Source: Candidatus Omnitrophota bacterium
GTDB lineage: Bacteria; Omnitrophota; Gorgyraeia; Duberdicusellales; 4484-171
Assembly: GCA_020343695.1 (NCBI GenBank)
Contig: CP070807.1
Coordinates: 1-37,655, forward strand
Length of the DNA: 37,655 nt
Direction: 5' to 3'
Part shown: in pieces, positions 34,460 through 37,655 of the stretch
How the letters are laid out: each line of letters begins with the position of its first letter
How positions within the stretch are numbered: position 1 is the stretch's first letter
Position numbers and translations under genes: made by a program
Notes under the pieces: model-generated
The model's input: the letters and a program-made list of their open reading frames with translations, nothing else
Database searches by the model: none
What the model was told of the DNA's origin: nothing

Positions 34460-35001
34460 TGGGATAACACCTCTTTGAGCCTGCCTAAGGCACTACGTAC
34501 AGAAAGGTTTATCTTCAAATCTTCGCTTTCGACAAAAATCTCTGCTCCTGCATAGAGCTTTGAGTCAACTTCTTTTTCTAAGATTAAATCTTTGCCGAAC
34601 ATATCCTTTAACGTTTTTGAAAGAGTTTTTTCTTCGGTATCAGTTAAAGAGAATGCCGTTGTTACTTTAACGGAGAGTTGATTCGCGTACACGTTATAAG
34701 AATCCAAAAATTTCTCGTAGATATCAGAAAAAGCGTTAAATTGATTATCTTCTAAAAGGAGGATGAGAAAATATAGAAATCCGCCGTCAAGGCCAAGAAG
34801 CTCTTTGCATTCAGCAAGAAGGGCCCTCTTTTCTTCTCTCTCAACGTGCGAGGAAAGGAAATAAAAACGCGCCTCTCTATTATCCCATAAAAGGCGCCTC
34901 ATTGTCTCATAATCACCCTTTATCTTCTCTAACAGGCGATTTTTCTGTCCGTAGAGAGCTAAAGCTTGAGCGTATTTAAGAACAATGCTACTGTGCTTCA
35001 T
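34456..35001 (-). CDS. atpH: F1 ATP synthase delta (OSCP) subunit
   Basis: 181 aa. The YAQALAL N-terminus, size and position between b and alpha all fit delta. Confidence 0.75.
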   Translation of the reverse strand: MKHSSIVLKYAQALALYGQKNRLLEKIKGDYETMRRLLWDNREARFYFLSSHVEREEKRALLAECKELLGLDGGFLYFLILLLEDNQFNAFSDIYEKFLDSYNVYANQLSVKVTTAFSLTDTEEKTLSKTLKDMFGKDLILEKEVDSKLYAGAEIFVESEDLKINLSVRSALGRLKEVLSQ

Positions 35002-35470
35002 AGAGTTCTTTTAGGCTTTCCTGTAGTAATTTTGCGTGTTTTTTATGGTCAATCTCTTTTTTCAAGATTTTTTCAGCAATCATAAAAGAAAGTTCCAAAC
35101 TATGCTGCTGCAACTTTTGTTTGCTTTTCTCCAATTGAAATGCAATCTCTTTTTCTGCCTTTTTCTTCATGTAGACAATCTCTTTTTCGGCTTCGACCTT
35201 CTTTTTTCCTCTATACTCTTGGCTGTAAGTATTCGCTTCCTCTTTTATCTGTAACGCTCTTCTTTTTGCCTCTTCTAATTGCTCTTGCGCTTGTTGAGCT
35301 TGATGACCTGTTTCCTTTTTGAGTTTTTCAATTTCTACTAAGTTGTTCTCTACATAGCTTTTTCTTCTCTCTAACATCTGCAGCAGGTGACGGAATACGA
35401 ACCTCTGCAGAAGCAGGAGGAGAATCACAAAAATAACTATTTCTAAAATGAGTGTAAGATTGATGTTCAT
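34988..35470 (-). CDS. atpF: Fo ATP synthase b subunit
   Basis: 160 aa. A single N-terminal TM helix followed by a long charged coiled coil. Confidence 0.8.
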   Translation of the reverse strand: MNINLTLILEIVIFVILLLLLQRFVFRHLLQMLERRKSYVENNLVEIEKLKKETGHQAQQAQEQLEEAKRRALQIKEEANTYSQEYRGKKKVEAEKEIVYMKKKAEKEIAFQLEKSKQKLQQHSLELSFMIAEKILKKEIDHKKHAKLLQESLKELYEAQ

Positions 35471-35471
35471 C

Positions 35472-35807
<336 letters not shown>

Positions 35808-35817
35808 TCAATTGGGT

Positions 35818-36522
35818 CTATGAGTATTGTTGAGCCAAAACGCTTATATAAGAAACAGCTAAGATGGTAAATACAAATGCCTGTATTCCCGCCATAAAAA
35901 ACCCAAGAAATGCTTTAATAGGAAAACCAATAAGCACTGCCGGAAGAATACCCCATGCTTTCAGCAAGGCGCATAGTTGAAAAATCACCGCGACAGCAAT
36001 TCCCCCAGCAAAAATATTGCCAAAAAGACGAAAAGAATGAGAAAGTGTCTTAGAAATCTCAGCAAAAACATTGGAGGCAAATAGCCACCAGTAAGGCTCA
36101 AAATAACTTTTTAGGTACTGCTTAAGTCCTTTTACCTTTATTGCATTTATATGCGCGACCACCAAAACCAAGAGCGCAAGCCCTAGGCACACGTTCAAAT
36201 CTCGTGTAGGACTCAAGAATCCCGGGATTAATCCCAGCCAGTTGCTCACCAAGATAAATAAAAATAACGTTACAATAAATCCTAAAAATAGCCTGCCTCT
36301 TTTCCCCAGGCTCTCTCTCAGAACATCGTCAAACCACTCAAGGAGCACCTCTAATACAAGCTGCTTTCTTGTGGGAATAAACTGTAACTTTCGCTTTAAC
36401 CAGATACATAAAATAAATATAAAAAGGCAAGCGAATATAGTAAATCCTATGGTATCTAAATGGACCGTGAATTCTTTACCGAAAATAATTATTTTTTTTG
36501 CAAGAAAGACTGTCTCTCTCAT
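35818..36522 (-). CDS. atpB: Fo ATP synthase a subunit
   Basis: 234 aa, polytopic. Contains the conserved LSHSFRLFGNIFAG with the stator Arg. Confidence 0.9.
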   Translation of the reverse strand: MRETVFLAKKIIIFGKEFTVHLDTIGFTIFACLFIFILCIWLKRKLQFIPTRKQLVLEVLLEWFDDVLRESLGKRGRLFLGFIVTLFLFILVSNWLGLIPGFLSPTRDLNVCLGLALLVLVVAHINAIKVKGLKQYLKSYFEPYWWLFASNVFAEISKTLSHSFRLFGNIFAGGIAVAVIFQLCALLKAWGILPAVLIGFPIKAFLGFFMAGIQAFVFTILAVSYISVLAQQYS

Positions 36523-36860
36523 GTTTTCTCTATGCCCTCTCCGTAAATGCCTAATCTCACCATGAAGAGGCCTAAGGCTGCCCCAAAAAACATATATAAA
36601 TCTATCCTTATAGAAAGAAAGAGCGCAAGCGCCATCAACAAATATCTAATTATATAACCAAAAAATGAAAAAAACAAAAATTTTTTTTCACCTACAATTG
36701 CTTTTATCTGTCGCTCTAATAAAAGAAAATTAATAATACTTACCACTGTACCTAGTAGGAGCCCCCAGCTGAAAGTGCGTTTTATAAAAAAGCTTAAGAC
36801 AAATCCGATACCAGCATATAGGAGTGCTTTTTTGATAATTTTGTTGCGTAACCCCTTCAT
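36519..36860 (-). CDS. atpI: ATP synthase subunit I (AtpI-like small membrane protein)
   Basis: Small 3-4 TM protein directly upstream of atpB. The start is taken at Met19 (36860), since the track start at 36914 would overlap atpZ by 44 nt. Confidence 0.6.
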   Translation of the reverse strand: MKGLRNKIIKKALLYAGIGFVLSFFIKRTFSWGLLLGTVVSIINFLLLERQIKAIVGEKKFLFFSFFGYIIRYLLMALALFLSIRIDLYMFFGAALGLFMVRLGIYGEGIEKT

Positions 36861-36870
36861 AATAAATTGG

Positions 36871-37083
36871 TTATTCCTTTGTCTTCGTTGTAGTGATTGT
36901 CTTATACACCCCAATAAATCCGCCGATTATCCCCAAGATGAGAAAGAGAACAGTAAAAAATTTTGTGTTCAGGCGCTTATCTAAAAACAAACCGAGGCCG
37001 AGACCACACAGAATAGAAACAACCATAATAAGCCCGAGTTCGGAAATGTAGAATAGGGAGGGAAACCAGTCTTTATTCTTCAT
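36871..37083 (-). CDS. AtpZ/AtpR-type small membrane protein
   Basis: Two TM helices with the GLGLGLFLDKRLNT motif typical of the AtpZ (ATPase_gene1) family. The start is taken at MKNKDW (37083), overlapping the atpC stop by 11 nt. Confidence 0.6.
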   Translation of the reverse strand: MKNKDWFPSLFYISELGLIMVVSILCGLGLGLFLDKRLNTKFFTVLFLILGIIGGFIGVYKTITTTKTKE

Positions 37084-37303
37084 TAATGAGGATTCTGGCC
37101 TGATTATCAATAATTTCAAAAAAACCGCCTTTTATCTCTTTCTTATAAGAAGGGGCGATTATTTGGCCCTCCTTTAATTTACCCATGATCGGAGCATGAT
37201 CGCAAAGTATAGTTAATTGACCTTCTTGGGAAGGTAAAGTCAGAGAATCAGCCTCAATCTCCCACTTTTCCTTCGCGCTGACTATCGTTACCTTAAACTT
37301 CAT
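37073..37303 (-). CDS. atpC: F1 ATP synthase epsilon subunit, beta-sandwich domain only
   Basis: 76 aa. MKFKVTIVS..LTLPSQEGQLTILCDHAPIMGKL matches the epsilon N-domain. The C-terminal helical hairpin is missing. Confidence 0.75.
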   Translation of the reverse strand: MKFKVTIVSAKEKWEIEADSLTLPSQEGQLTILCDHAPIMGKLKEGQIIAPSYKKEIKGGFFEIIDNQARILINEE

Positions 37304-37655
37304 CTGTCTTTACCCGAAGAGAGAATTTCCTCTGCTGCTTTTAAATAATTTTTCTGATGTATGATTGGTCTACCAACTACAAAATAATCAACCTTATTCT
37401 TTAAAGCACTCTTTACTGTTGCTACCCTCTTCTGATCGTCTCTTCCTTTTGTCTTTCGGATTCCAGGAGTAATAGTAAGCAGGCCAAATTTTTCTTTTAT
37501 TTTCTTTGCCTCCCATACGCTGCACACTACGCCATCTAAGCCGCTCAGCGAGGCAATTTTAGCTAAATTAAAAACTTTTGCCAGAGAAGCTCTTCTGGAA
37601 GTAAGTTCAGTTACTCCGATAATTAAGGGTGGCTTTTTTCTTTTACGAGTGGCTT
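37300..37655 (-). CDS. pyrF: orotidine 5'-phosphate decarboxylase, C-terminal part (gene runs off the right edge)
   Basis: The frame stays open to the window end. It reads ..LIIGVTELTS..GLDGVVCS..TPGIR..DQKRV..VVGRPI, which are canonical PyrF motifs. The track start at 37527 is an internal GTG. Confidence 0.85.
   Translation of the reverse strand, partial: ATRKRKKPPLIIGVTELTSRRASLAKVFNLAKIASLSGLDGVVCSVWEAKKIKEKFGLLTITPGIRKTKGRDDQKRVATVKSALKNKVDYFVVGRPIIHQKNYLKAAEEILSSGKDR

Overview
This is a low-GC (about 40% by eye), tightly packed bacterial chromosome segment, and almost all of it is housekeeping. All family calls come from reading motifs in the translated ORFs and folding intergenic sequence by hand; no search was run.

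Gene content, left to right:
- dnaG (5' fragment), a Nif3-family gene and a CvpA-family gene
- an NfeD/stomatin pair
- a FIST-like / histidine kinase / REC-GGDEF signalling trio
- tRNA-Leu(GAG)
- two MBL-fold hydrolases, rex, and a UPF0280 + hypE pair
- a THEP1-NTPase::YjeF_N fusion and a PAC2-like protein
- rarA, interrupted by an in-frame TAG
- pheST
- a trkH/trkA K+ uptake cluster
- infC-rpmI-rplT, thrS and tRNA-Val(UAC)
- a complete F-type ATP synthase operon with unusual order (atpC-Z-I-B-E-F-H-A-G-D) and a Na+-type c subunit
- the 3' part of pyrF

The one clearly non-housekeeping island is 12290-17210. It holds six tandem, same-strand paralogous genes for small secreted proteins. All six carry an invariant LTT[YF]YP[AS]xxGx[YF] motif right after the signal peptide, then fibre-like VGIGTxxPxxKLDV and GxMYY...W motifs and variable Cys-rich C-termini. 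They fall into two architectures, three genes each. I cannot assign them to any named family, and I consider them the best candidate for an undescribed surface-fibre/adhesin-type system.

Other noteworthy items:
- a promoter-to-U-tract 6S-like rod-shaped RNA between pheT and rarA
- diverged inverted copies of a structured element flanking tRNA-Leu
- a 21-nt exact repeat placed just upstream of two unrelated genes
- an A9G8 tract inside the FIST-like gene

No transposase, integrase, CRISPR array or rRNA gene was seen.
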